Shown here piece by piece: positions 38,507-49,289 of a stretch of 64,000 nt of DNA (position 1 is the stretch's first letter; each line of letters opens with the position of its first letter). The DNA is from Takakia lepidozioides. Its lineage: Eukaryota; Plantae; Bryophyta. The notes below the pieces were generated by a model. The model saw only the letters and a program-made list of their open reading frames with translations. It did no database searches and was not told the DNA's origin. Both the position numbers and the translations under genes were made by a program. The stretch covers positions 19,158,001 to 19,222,000 of the forward strand of contig CM060731.1 of NCBI GenBank assembly GCA_030704615.1, written 5' to 3'.

Positions 38507-39678
38507 CCTTCATTTTTGGGTTTGTTTATGCAAATGGTGGATTTCGCTATGGGTTTATCAAATCCAACCCATAATGCCAGCCTACTTGTGTCTTCTCCCT
38601 TCCCCTCTTGAAGTTCCAGCCTATTTTTGTCTTCTCCCTTCACTCTCTTTTCCCATTACTGAAGGTGTTTTCCATTTTGTTTGTGTTTTCTTTTTTGTGT
38701 GTGGGAGGGCTGCCAGGCAGACCAGCCACTCCAAGCCATCATTGTGTCTCCTCCTTTGCGCCATGCTTGTTTATGGCTATCCAAGTTGCCCTACATGGCC
38801 TACTATGGCATCAACCCTCAAGGAGTCTGAACAAAAGCTAAGTATATGACTCCTAACTGGCCTTGGGGTTCTTGTCTTCTTACTTGTCATCGCAACCATT
38901 GTGTGTTGGTGTTTGCCTAAGGTACTGTGCTTCATCTTTGCATATATCACAGTGATTGCAAACTAACCAACACTATGCTTCTCTTGTCATGGCAAGATCT
39001 AATGGCTTTGATGGCAAGTACTAATGTCTACCTCTTTTTTTGTTGTATATATGGCAAGTTGTGGAGGGTGGTCAATGAAGGCTGCCCGCCTACAGCCCCC
39101 AACCCACCTTCCATTGCGGCAAGTGTCAATAGGGTTGAATCAGGCCCTGATGCATCCTCCACAAGTGTTGCAGCCCCAAGGAGGTCCCCTTCCTTCGACC
39201 TCAACTTGCCACCCCTCCCCACAGTGGATGGCATCTCAAATGAGCCTTGGCCCGAGCTTCAGGTTGAATCACGGCCAAACTAGGATGCCACATTTCTGAG
39301 CCTACCCCTTTGCCACTTGAAGGACCTCTTACAATTGAAGGTAGAGTTTGTTCCACCTCCCCTCATGCAAGTAGTTTGATGGCCTCACAAGAGACTTTTG
39401 TTTGCTGTCCCAACCTTGAAAATGGTCATGAGATGCTTGTGGATGAGTGGCAACCTCCCAACCAACCTTCCTTGAGTTTCCAGCCACTTGGTGTGGGTTG
39501 TCCCAGCCCTGAAAATGGTCATTTCATGCTTTTGGATGAGTCCCAACCTCCTACCCAACCTTCATTGAGTTTTCAGCCACTTAGTGTAGGTTGTCCCAGC
39601 CCTGAAAAGGGTAAAGGGGTCCTTGTGGAAAAGTCCTAGCCTACCTCTCGATCTTCAAGGAATTTCCAGCCACATGGA

Positions 39679-41782
39679 GTGGCTCATGGGCCTTCAAATG
39701 TGGCCAGTACTTCTAGTGGGAGGTCTAATTCATATATGGTCCGCCCTTGTGTACCAATTAGAGTGAAACAGGGGCTGCTATTTGGTGAGAGTGACAAATA
39801 TGTGGATCCAGAAGCTTATTGGTGTTATGGGGAGATTATTGAGTCTTGGGTGCATGTGCCATCGCAAGAGAAACGAGTTGAGGCAGACTTTGGCCCTTTG
39901 ATTGATTTGAGGACCCTTGCCATTGGGCAATGTGAGTTGCTAGGGCTGCCTAGTTCTAGTTTGTTTGGGGATGGCCTTGATGGTGGGGTTGAAGTACCTT
40001 TGGGGCTGAATTCCATGGGGGATTTGTGCTCACAACACTTGTTGGATAGTGTTGATATTCCTGAGCATTATGATGATGAGGACTTCATTGGGGATGATCC
40101 CCTACCCCATGAGGTTGACACGGACGATGAGGACTTATGGAATGTGCCCGGGCAAGATCAAGACTGTCTCCTTGGTGAATTGGGCGCATATTATGATTCG
40201 GTTGACTTGGATACTATGCACCTCAAAGATCTCTTCAAGGACAGCAATTGGAAGTCCCGACAACCACTTTGGACCCAAGCCCGGCTGAATTCAGTGGACC
40301 AGCCCCTGGGGCAACCTTGCCAGCCATATTTAGGCATTGTGGGATGTCTTGGTTTGATCTATTCTTCCCTCGCAAGAACCTACTTCGTATATGTGAGGAA
40401 ACCAATAGGTATACAAGGTCTTTCATTGATCCAAGTAGTGGTAGAACACATGGTGGGTCAGATTGGAGTCCTTTGGGTGTTGTGGAATTGAGGGCATTTA
40501 TGGGCATATGTGTGTACATGGGTCTTAGAAAACAGCTTGTAGGAGGTCCTATTGGGAGCCCGAGGGTGCTTTGTATGCTTCAGCCACTATCAAGAAAGTA
40601 ATGACGAAGGCTAGGTTTGAGTCAATCCTTAGATGTCTTCACTTGGTAGACAATGCAAGTCTATGTCCTGAAAAATCCAGCCCTGATTATGATAAGTTGG
40701 GGAAGTGCCGGTGGTTGGTAGAGGAGTTGGTGAGAATTAGTGGATCTTTGTACAAGGCTGGAAAAAAATTGACCATCGATGAGATGATGATTGGGTACAA
40801 AGGATAGTACTGCGCTTTCAGGCAGTACATGAAAGCCAAGCCCACTAAGTGGGGCATAAAAGTATGGTGTGTTGCGGATGCCCAAACTAAGTATGTCTTG
40901 AATTTGAGAGTTTACTTGGGGGCTGAAGTGAGCAATGAGAGGCAACATGGCAACAAGAAAGAGGCAGGAGGGCAAGGTTATCATGTGGTCTTAAACTTAC
41001 TTGAAGGGCACCTCCATGTGGGACATACGGTGGTAATGGATAACTTCTTCACTTTTCCAAGGCTTTATTGGGAGTTGTTGAAGGTTGGGACCTATGCCAC
41101 GGGAACCTTGAGGGCTGATCGCATTGGAGTACCTTTATCCTTGTTGGGACATGTGCGAGGGAAACGTGGAGATCTACGGTACAAAATGCACCGCTCTAGG
41201 AAGATGTGTTGTTTGTTGTGGTGGGACAACAAAGGAATCCTACTCCTCTCTACTAGTGCCAACCCCCTTCGTAGTGGTTCTGTTCCAGCCACAGTCTTGC
41301 GATGGGATGGGGTGGTTGGGGCACGGGTTGAGGTGCAATCCTCACCCATACACTTGGAATATCAATCATTCATGCGAGGGGTGGACGTGCATGATCAATT
41401 GCGAGGCTCATATTCATGTCAAACTCGTAGCCACAAGTGGTGGCACCACATCTTTTTCTTTGTCCTTGATACCTCCTTAGTCAACATGTACATTCTTTAT
41501 AGAAGTCATATGACTTCTTTGGGGCAAGAAGTCATGACTCATGCTGCGTTTCAATTGTTTGTTGCAGAGGCACTTACAAGGGGATGGGAGAGTGGGGGCC
41601 GCATTTGCACATCCTTGCTTGTGCCGGCTGGAATGGCTGCAATTCACTATTTGGCGCGGTCTAACTTGAGGCGCAGGTGCTATGTATATAGCACGAGGTG
41701 CCGGTGGTTTTGTAGGTGTTGCGGTGGGCGTTTTTTGTGCCATGACACATGTTTTGCACGTGTTCATCGTCGACGCCGCTAG
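39679..41782 (+). pseudogene. piggyBac (DDE_Tnp_1_7/PGBD4-like) transposase with frameshifts and one in-frame stop at ~40805
   Basis: ICEETNRY, ELRAFMGI, MTKARFESILRCLHL, TIDEMMI (D1), YMKAKPTKWGIK, VMDNFFT (D2), GVDVHDQ (D3), KWWH.IFF, and a C-terminal Cys-rich RRRC...C..C...LC...CF..H. Confidence 0.92.
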
Positions 41783-41904
41783 GAATGGGTGTGGAGGAGT
41801 GTGTGTGGAGATATGGAGGGTGTAAACTAACTTTAGGGGCCATTCATGTTGGCTGGAAAGTTTTTGGGGGCTGGAATTGTCATGGGGCTGACATGCAATA
41901 GTAT

Positions 41905-42200
41905 AGATTGCACTAATATTGACATAGAGGGGCTGGAATTTTGATGGGGCTGCCACACTAATGAGTATAAGGCATAGTTGGGAGATGTAGGGGGTGTAAT
42001 TTGCACTAATATTGACTTAGAGGGGTTGGAATTTTGATGGGGCTGCAACACTTGTGAGTATAAGGCATAGTTGGGAGATGTAGGGGGGCTAATTTGCACT
42101 AATACTTGACTTAGAGGGGCTGGAATTTTGATGGGGCTGCCACACTAATGAGTATAAGGCATAATTGGGAGATGTAGGGGATCTAATTTGCTACAATACT
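41905..42200 (+). repeat. Three ~88-bp tandem repeats downstream of the piggyBac transposase
   Basis: GAGTATAAGGCATA(G/A)TTGGGAGATGTAGGGG occurs three times. Confidence 0.9.
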
Positions 42201-43839
42201 AATATTAGAGGGCTTTTTGGTTGTCTGGAATTTCCATGTGCCATAAGAAATAGCATATGTCATGGCTGGAATTTTTTTAGTATTGAAATTTGCCTATGTT
42301 TGTGCAAATATTTCCATTTTGATAGGCCTTGAGGCTTTTTTGATGAGTAGGAGGCTCTCTGACACTTTGTTTAGGGATGGTAATGCATAGTAGGGGCTGA
42401 TAGGGTGGTGGGGTGGCAGGAAGATATGTAGGGTTAACATCTTCACAAGGAGCGGCGACATTCATTTTGCCAAGTCTAACACCTCTACACCAACATTAGT
42501 TGGGGGCCGGGGGGGGGGGGGGGGGGTTGTCGGCTGCGATGGGCAGTTCAAGTGGGTTCAATCCCCACCCGAGTCGTGGGTGTGGTAGATTAGTTGGGGC
42601 TGATTGGATGCCTAAGGAGGTAGTTTAGTTTCATCTTTGATGTGGGTGTGGTAGAGGAGTTGGGGCTGATTGGGGTTGGGGGAGGAGAAGTGATGTTTTT
42701 GTGATGGAGGGTATGGTAGAGTAGATGGGGCTGATTTGGTGAGGGTGGAAGAGTATGAGGGGCTGATTGGTTCCTTGCATTATTGTAGACACTAAGTTCA
42801 ACACTATGCTGAACTAGTGGTCATGTTTTGATCATGGTGGAATATATGGTTCAATGGCCGATTGAACCAAGTGATGATAGCATGCAACACTAGAACATAT
42901 GAGGACTTGTGCAAAATGATGTGTGACAAATGAATACACTACAGGTTCAAGAACTTATAAACACTTAGGCAAAATTGGTGTGTGATAGATCAATACACAA
43001 AAAAGTAAAGGACTTAGATAAATTGAGTGGATGCACATAGTGCAACAAAGGGAGGGCTTAGGGCCAAAATGGACAAGTTGGTGGGGTGGGTGACCCCAAA
43101 ACCCAATAAACATAGGGGTGGCCCGAACCTGGGTGGGGGGGTGGACATGCCTTGGGAGGGGTGGAGGCATAATCAATTTAGGGACGGGTAGAATGAGGCA
43201 CCCCCTAAAACCCTCCACAAGAGAGGGCTACTGGCCAAAAATTATAGGCCCACATAGGTGCAATTGCAAGTCTCATGGGTAGGGGGGTAAAAAGACCTAG
43301 TAGTAGACTCAGATTGGCCCGAAATGTTTTTGGGGAAAAGCCATACCCACCCACAACATTCCCACCGGAGTGATTTCAAACGTTTTCCTCAATTTTCTGA
43401 ACAAACCTTTTTGCCTGCCCGAAGGAAAATCCCAAATTTGACCCCCCATTTTTAGCATACAAAGCAGCCCACCTGAGATTATGTCAGAAAAAAGATGAAA
43501 TTTGCAGGGAAGGTGTCTTATATGACAGGGCACCAGATTCTGGAGAGTGTCATGTCAGACCAGTTCGCACATGGGAAATTCGATAGAAAAAACATTTTTT
43601 TTCCCTATTTATTTCATGTTTTTTTTTTTTTTTTTGCACCACTTTAGACATTATATTCTTTGGATCTGCTGGTTGGATTTAGACAGGGATTTTTGTGGTC
43701 GTAGGTGGGGTAGTTGAGAGTATATTCCAACGGTTAGTTTTACAGGGCCTTAGTAAATCTCAAGATATAATGTTTTAGAGGGCCAGGGTCCAGTTTTTGA
43801 GGTCTTGGCAAAAATTGGCCCTTGTCCTTTAGGGGTTAA

Positions 43840-44431
43840 AATGATGGGTTTAATGTGTGAGATGGAAGTATGTATGTACGTACATACGTGAGATGGATTA
43901 GTTTATAAGGATGTTGTTCTAAATTATATTGATTTTTTGGTTACGTCCTATGACGGGACACCTCCCTTCATACATTGCCAATTCCTACTGATACCCATTT
44001 GATTAGTAACATTCATCATGGGACATTTTGGGGTGCAGCCAAATAGTTACAGAGGGTCACACAAGTCTTTATGTTACACTCTGGCAATGTAATCTAAATC
44101 TTATGTGGCCTTCATGTAATTCTTGGCATGCACAAGCCTGAATAGTTCTTGCTTACGATGATGGGCGGAAAGTGTGAGTAGGCAGAGGTCCATTGAATAT
44201 CCTATTTGATTAGTAACAACCCAAGTGATTAGTAACATTCATTACAAGACATTTCTAGGTGCAACCAAATAGTTGCAGAGGGTCACACAAGTCTTTATAT
44301 TACACACTGGCGATGTAATCTAAAATCTTGTGTGGCCTTCATGTAATTATGGCCATGCACAAGCCTGAAATGTGTTTGCTCGGTTAATGCATGAAATTAT
44401 GATGGGTTGAGAGTGTGAGATGGCGGAAGTT
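43840..44431 (+). ncRNA. Continuation of the hairpin array (tail of unit 5, units 6 and 7) after the piggyBac
   Basis: Units at ~43984 and ~44218, with hairpins at 44033-44133 and 44259-44360. Confidence 0.55.
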
Positions 44432-46382
44432 CCGGTTTATTCTAATTAAATTACATCGTTCGATGGGCGATCTCCCGTCGTCCTGCAACGGGAGGCCTCC
44501 CGTCCTCCTTTGAGCATTAACATCTTTCTGTTGGGACTGCCCAGTTACTGAAAATTACTAACCGGTTAATTTTTGATACATCAGGAATCGAACTGTAGGG
44601 TGTTGGAAGTAACGCACCCTGGTCGTATGGTCTCAGCAAGAGCCTCTGCTGAGAATCCTTTAACCTTATCAAACTGTTGCGTTCAAAGGTTTCTGCCGAA
44701 AAAGCGCAATCCTCCTCGGAGTCTGAGGGCAGGGGCAAGGGATCTACTGGGGGTGAAGGTATTGTGGAGTCTTCACCAGTTACACACGCTCGTTCTGAAA
44801 GAAGTCAAGGTCACCAGGAGAGGTCACAAATGTCCCGCGACACCAACTCTCGAAAGGATTTACTAACGCAACCAGATACAGCCGGAAATAGACCTGTGCA
44901 CTTGGAGGAAGATGAAGATGACAGTAAGACTGAATCCAACGGCGTGCAACAGAGCCCAATTTTTCAAAACCCATTTATCCAGCATTCGACTGGAGTGCAT
45001 GTACGCGACGTGGAGTCAGAAAATATTTCGCCAAACGGGCAAGCTAGAGGCCGGCGAACGACGGGCGGTACGCTTCAGTTCTCCCCAGAACCAATATCCT
45101 CTAGGCCCCCGAATATCTCAACTCGCCAGCTGTATAATCCTCAGATCGATGCAAGAGTGCGAGTCAACGCGGGCATGCACAGGGAGATTATCAATATTGA
45201 TGATGACGAAGTGGTCAACAGGGTTGAGTCAGCATTTCATTATGGAGGGCCAACGAATGCCTCCATTGACTTTACTTCCCAAATCCAATATACAGGTGGG
45301 GATAGTCTTGTCGCGATGTTGGACTTTTCTGAGATGACACCCAGTCAAGTCGATTACTTTCTTTCCGCAGACCTTATCACGGGAGGTCTCCCGTTCTCCA
45401 AGGCTCGGCGGCTGGCACTGCAACCATGCTTGTCGTCCTCTCCTGGTGGAACACCGGTCCCCACATTCACTCAAACTTTTTTACGTCCACAAGACCTCCC
45501 AGGAACCGAGTACATCGCATCTGCAGGAACCACACCAGTCCTCGAACAAGACGATGCAAATCTGAGTCAATCACAGCTGTCTACAGTGGAGAACCTCACC
45601 CAGTCCCAGACCCAGACAAGGACAATGAAAATAGAGCTTCCCACTCCACAGCTCCTTCATGGTGTTAGCAATACAGAGCTCATTGACACTCTTGCCAATC
45701 CGTTGCCGACACAATTCCCCATAACCGAGGACATCACATCTGCTAGAAACACACAAGATCTCATTCAAAACCCTGACACTTTAAGGCAGTCATAGCTGTC
45801 CTCCATCGACCACATCCCACAGACGCAGACATTGGAAACGGAGCTCCCTACTGGTGTTAGCATTCCCGTCCTGGATGGTGTCGTTGATGGGTTGAGGGCA
45901 ATTGTTGACGGCTATTGTACCCCTTCGACCGTTGGTCTCCGGAGGATGTTGCAACAGATGTTGTGGAGGTTTCTATTGTTAATTCCTCTCCATCAAGGGT
46001 GGGCACGGGAGGTCTCCCGTCCTCTTCTTTTGGGAATACCTCAGCATTAGTGCAGTTGAACGTTAATGAGGGTCGGGTTGAAGACTCTGGAGAGAATGAT
46101 ATCACCGCTGCTACAGAGGCACTAGCAAGGGGGGTTGTTATTCCATGAGCTCATGAGCGGGCACGGCTCACCCATGAGCCGCCAAGTAACACACTATGAT
46201 TTTCGGCAGGTTTTTTCCGGGTCCAAAACGATAAAATAATCGAAAGTAGTATAAGAAGAGAAGGTTTTCGAAGATTTCCGTGCTCATGCTGGAAGCACTC
46301 TGCTCATAAGTACCAGTATCCGCTCATGACTTGGAGCCCAGCTCATGGACCGCCAGGCCAGGTCATAGAAAAATAGAATTCT

Positions 46383-46860
46383 GGCCAATAACGGCACCGA
46401 AATTACCCTAGACGATGGGACGCAAGTGGAATTAGGATCCGGGTTTGCAGACTCCGAAAACGCAATGGCGACCTATAACCGTGGATAGTACTACTGCAGA
46501 AGTGCAGGATGGTTGGGTATAACGGCGCCGTAATTGGGCACAAGAAAAGAAATAGCCGGCTGAAGGCTCGGGAGTGAAGCCAATAACGGTGCCGAAATTG
46601 GGCTCCGCCAACCAAATACCCAACTGAAGCCTCCGAAGTGCAGCCAATAACGACGCCAAAATTGGGGTCCGGAAACCAAATACTCGGCTGAAGCCACCGG
46701 AGTGCAGCCAATAACGGCGCCGAAATTGGGGTCCGGAAACCAAATACCCGGCTGAAGGCTCAGGAGTGCAACCAATAACGGCGCCGAAATTGGGCTCCGG
46801 AGAGCAAATACCCGGCTTACGGTGAGGGAGTTTTGCCAATAACGACGCCGAAATTGAGGA
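46383..46860 (+). repeat. ~60-bp tandem repeat with core GCCAATAACG(G/A)CGCCGAAATTGGG
   Basis: About 7 copies. Confidence 0.9.
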
Positions 46861-47081
46861 TAGGGCCGACAAGTGCTAGATGCAAACTGTCCTGAAACTA
46901 GTGCGGATTTGTCTAATAAAAGCACACATGTCGGAGGAAATTCAAGTTCTGCCGTATACGACATTGGCAGTGCAGCAATGATATATCCCTCTTCCGCCGG
47001 CCTCGCTCTCATTTTGCTCTTCACTCTTCTCTTCTATGCCCATCTCCTCCGTGCTCTGTGTTCTTGCTGTGTCGTGAGGCC

Positions 47082-47633
47082 ATGTCGTGCCCGAATCACA
47101 TCTATCGACGCCAGACGGGACTCATTGTCCCGAAAGCAGACGACATCATTGTCTTCCTAGATGTTTACAGGGACGATCCTCGACTTGTCCAGCTGAGAGC
47201 AATGGAGTTTCTTCCAGGATTGCACGATTCTCCTGGACCCCGGCTGGGAAGCAGGTGGTTCCTGCGCATCATGGACCTGGACTTTCTGCTTGAGTGGGAG
47301 TCGAACAGATTACGCACAGCGTTGCTGTATCGCTGGAACTGTTGCGAGTGGACGTATGATGAGTGCATAGGTGAAAACTTCACGTGTGGACGGACTGGCT
47401 CGGAAAGTGGGGACATTCTCTTCAGTTATGAGGATGAGGAGGAGGGGAACACAGGGCCCACTGTGAAAATGTCCTTCTACAAAGGGGGCGCTATCGATAA
47501 ACACGACATCCTCGTTAGTTTCAACCAGGCGACAGAAACCGCTGACATTTTGTTCAAATATCGGCACCCGGTCACTCAAGAGGTCCTTGAGAGGCCAGTT
47601 CGAGTTCCTTCTTCTTGGGCGAGGGGACCATAG
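47082..47633 (+). CDS. Intronless 183-aa protein of unknown function
   Basis: Intact ORF with globular-looking composition, a TATA-like ATATATCC at ~46980, a pyrimidine-rich leader and a good start context (GCCATGT). Confidence 0.55.
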   Translation: MSCPNHIYRRQTGLIVPKADDIIVFLDVYRDDPRLVQLRAMEFLPGLHDSPGPRLGSRWFLRIMDLDFLLEWESNRLRTALLYRWNCCEWTYDECIGENFTCGRTGSESGDILFSYEDEEEGNTGPTVKMSFYKGGAIDKHDILVSFNQATETADILFKYRHPVTQEVLERPVRVPSSWARGP

Positions 47634-48319
47634 GTCTTGCATACTAGAGAAGACATGTTTCGACTCACGGACACTCATGGCACATACATTTTGCTTCAGA
47701 AATCAAGTAGCTTTCCCTGTGCCATATGGGGAATATACATGCTTGGATAATCTTCTGTTAAGGTTTTTTGCAATTCACTGCCAGTATGCTGGGACGTGTC
47801 CTTTGTCGTATGGATTGCTGTGTGCACAAGGTGCAGTATGCAAATGCTGGAATGTGCAGTAGGACCCTTCCCACTGGGACACAGAACTTGCAATCTTGTA
47901 AAGACATCACATTTGCAGAACAGTGTCAATGTATTGGTAGCAAATCGGAGTCTTCTCATAAAGGTGGACGAAAACGCCAGGATGGGCTGCGAAATCACCA
48001 CAAAATGAATGAAGAGCAATAACAAGGAAGCGCTATGCAGTATACAGACCAATAACGACGCTGAAATAGGCCACAATGCTCGTGTATCTCCACACAATGT
48101 ATGCTTTCCTTGTATCCATTAATAAACATAACCAAAATAAAAAAAAACATGCCCATGCCATTCACGGCCAAAAACCACTTTCTCATGTATTGCGGCACTG
48201 AAATGCACCTGAAGCCATGGCGGTGCGGCACCACCAAGTGTATAATTCCTCACAAAAAAATAGGGTGCAAGAAGATGAATGTAATATAATTGCCATTTTT
48301 CCTTCCCGAATGTGGAATG

Positions 48320-49288
48320 TCAAGCAGTCCGACCTGTATCCTGCCGTAGGGCCTTGTGCAACTCGTTGAAGCTCAGTGTTGGAGCATGGATGAAGACGTC
48401 CACTGCGGATACGCAACTCATGCGCTTCAGAAAAATGTAATAAAGGTGTTTGCAGGGGACGTATGCTGCATTCTTCGATTCCATAACAAGGAAGTCCTCA
48501 CAGTTGCAGGCTGGGTACTGAGAAACCGTGATTGCATACACGACACTGCGCGCAGCAGACCCGGCTACTGACAACTGAAATATGCGCCCCATCCCGGGGT
48601 AAGGAACATCCCTGCAACCTTGCACTATGTAGGGCATTGCAAGAGCATTGGCCATCCTGATGTCGTTCGCTTTTGTTGGTGGCTGCTGTCTTTTCAGTTT
48701 CCCCCACCGATGGGTGGGCCAAGCTGCGGGGTCACCCACCGGTATGCAGGGTGAAGAGCTTCTCGTAGGAGGAGGATGACGACTGGGAATTGGATTTCGT
48801 GGAACGTCTGTCCTCTCCACCAGTCGAAACCCTACACATCCTAGAGCGTCTGCCTCCTCCAGGGTAAGATCTGTACCGGTTGCCACAGGCCAGACTGCTG
48901 GTGGTTCAGGCATGCCTTGTACACCATACTTGGGCTTGCCGAATACACACGACATGATGTCGTGCCTGCAGAACCAAAACTCCTTCAGTGTGGCCTCCAC
49001 AAACTTTGCGCACACAAATCTTCCTGTGAAGCAAGGGGCAGGCACATCGCCCTGCGGGCTCCTCCGAATCATCTCATTGCATCTCTGGTTGGTGTCGACA
49101 CGAACAGCACAACATTTGCCACGAAATGACGGACGGGTCCGTGCAATTCTCCATTGCGAGGCCGACACATCTCGTTCCACGATTGGAATGTTGTACTGGG
49201 TAACAATAATAGGAGCGGCATGCTCATCCTCGGGATGCTGTCCCGAGTCTGGTAGCGATTCCATGGATGCTGCAGGAGAGGGGTACAA
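48320..49288 (-). CDS. Cys-rich protein with a C-terminal SWIM zinc finger
   Basis: YAITVSQYPACNCEDF...YVPCKHLYYIF matches SWIM CxC-xn-CxH. An N-terminal Cys cluster (GKCCAV...C...PAPCF...FWFC...SC) is also present. Confidence 0.75.
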   Translation of the reverse strand: MYPSPAASMESLPDSGQHPEDEHAAPIIVTQYNIPIVERDVSASQWRIARTRPSFRGKCCAVRVDTNQRCNEMIRRSPQGDVPAPCFTGRFVCAKFVEATLKEFWFCRHDIMSCVFGKPKYGVQGMPEPPAVWPVATGTDLTLEEADALGCVGFRLVERTDVPRNPIPSRHPPPTRSSSPCIPVGDPAAWPTHRWGKLKRQQPPTKANDIRMANALAMPYIVQGCRDVPYPGMGRIFQLSVAGSAARSVVYAITVSQYPACNCEDFLVMESKNAAYVPCKHLYYIFLKRMSCVSAVDVFIHAPTLSFNELHKALRQDTGRTA

Positions 49289-49289
49289 G

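Larger units (their letters stand above)
37021..43835 (+). mobile_element. Full-length piggyBac transposon (6.8 kb) with TTAA TSD
   Basis: TTAA(37017-37020)|CCCCTAA...TTAGGGG|TTAA(43836-43839). Removing it restores repeat unit 5 (TGCTTAAAATGATGGGTT). A piggyBac transposase lies inside. Confidence 0.93.
23094..46021. repeat. Dispersed 16-18-bp palindrome (C)ACGGGAG(A/G)(T/C)CTCCCGT(G), ~30-35 copies
   Basis: Near-perfect copies at ~24166, 24648, 26614, 26829, 28364, 30723, 31716, 31884, 35401, 36796, 44489, 45378 and 46004. Degenerate copies at ~23094, 23481, 23671, 23929, 24414, 25456, 28127, 28254, 28467, 30677, 33013, 33407, 33946, 35428, 35756, 36432, 36458, 43953 and 44463. Not seen in 37021-43835 or outside the element. 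Confidence 0.93.
21137..46128. mobile_element. Large (~18 kb excluding the nested piggyBac) DNA transposon with a Sola/DUF7869-like transposase and a divergent accessory gene; termini approximate, right end truncated
   Basis: Unified by a 16-bp palindrome found only in this interval. Has subterminal-type direct repeats at 21.5-22.8 kb, a transposase gene (-) and a divergent gene (+). No TIR/TSD pair was identified. Confidence 0.7.
30077..46128 (+). pseudogene. Large multi-exon accessory gene: low-complexity N-terminus, K/E-rich linker, ParB/Srx-like domain (~32759-33010), possible degenerate N6/N4 DNA-methyltransferase-like motif (~35110-35346), disordered S/T/Q-rich C-terminus (44585-46128); frameshifted, with a ~9-kb intron
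   Basis: Exons have canonical splice sites (e.g. 30077-30096, 30849-, 32001-33010, 33141-33392, 33992-, 35110-35346, 44585-). Motifs: RPLCEKH...L...YFIIGGQHTLMA and VVETFCPEGSSVVNVYCCG. Confidence 0.6.

Noticed and set aside
35491-44431. CRISPR/TIGR array, C/D snoRNA cluster or hammerhead ribozymes
   Set aside because: There is no short identical repeat-spacer pattern and no Cas/Tas gene. ATGATG and CTGA occur in the wrong order within units. No CTGANGA...GAAA core with proper stems was found.
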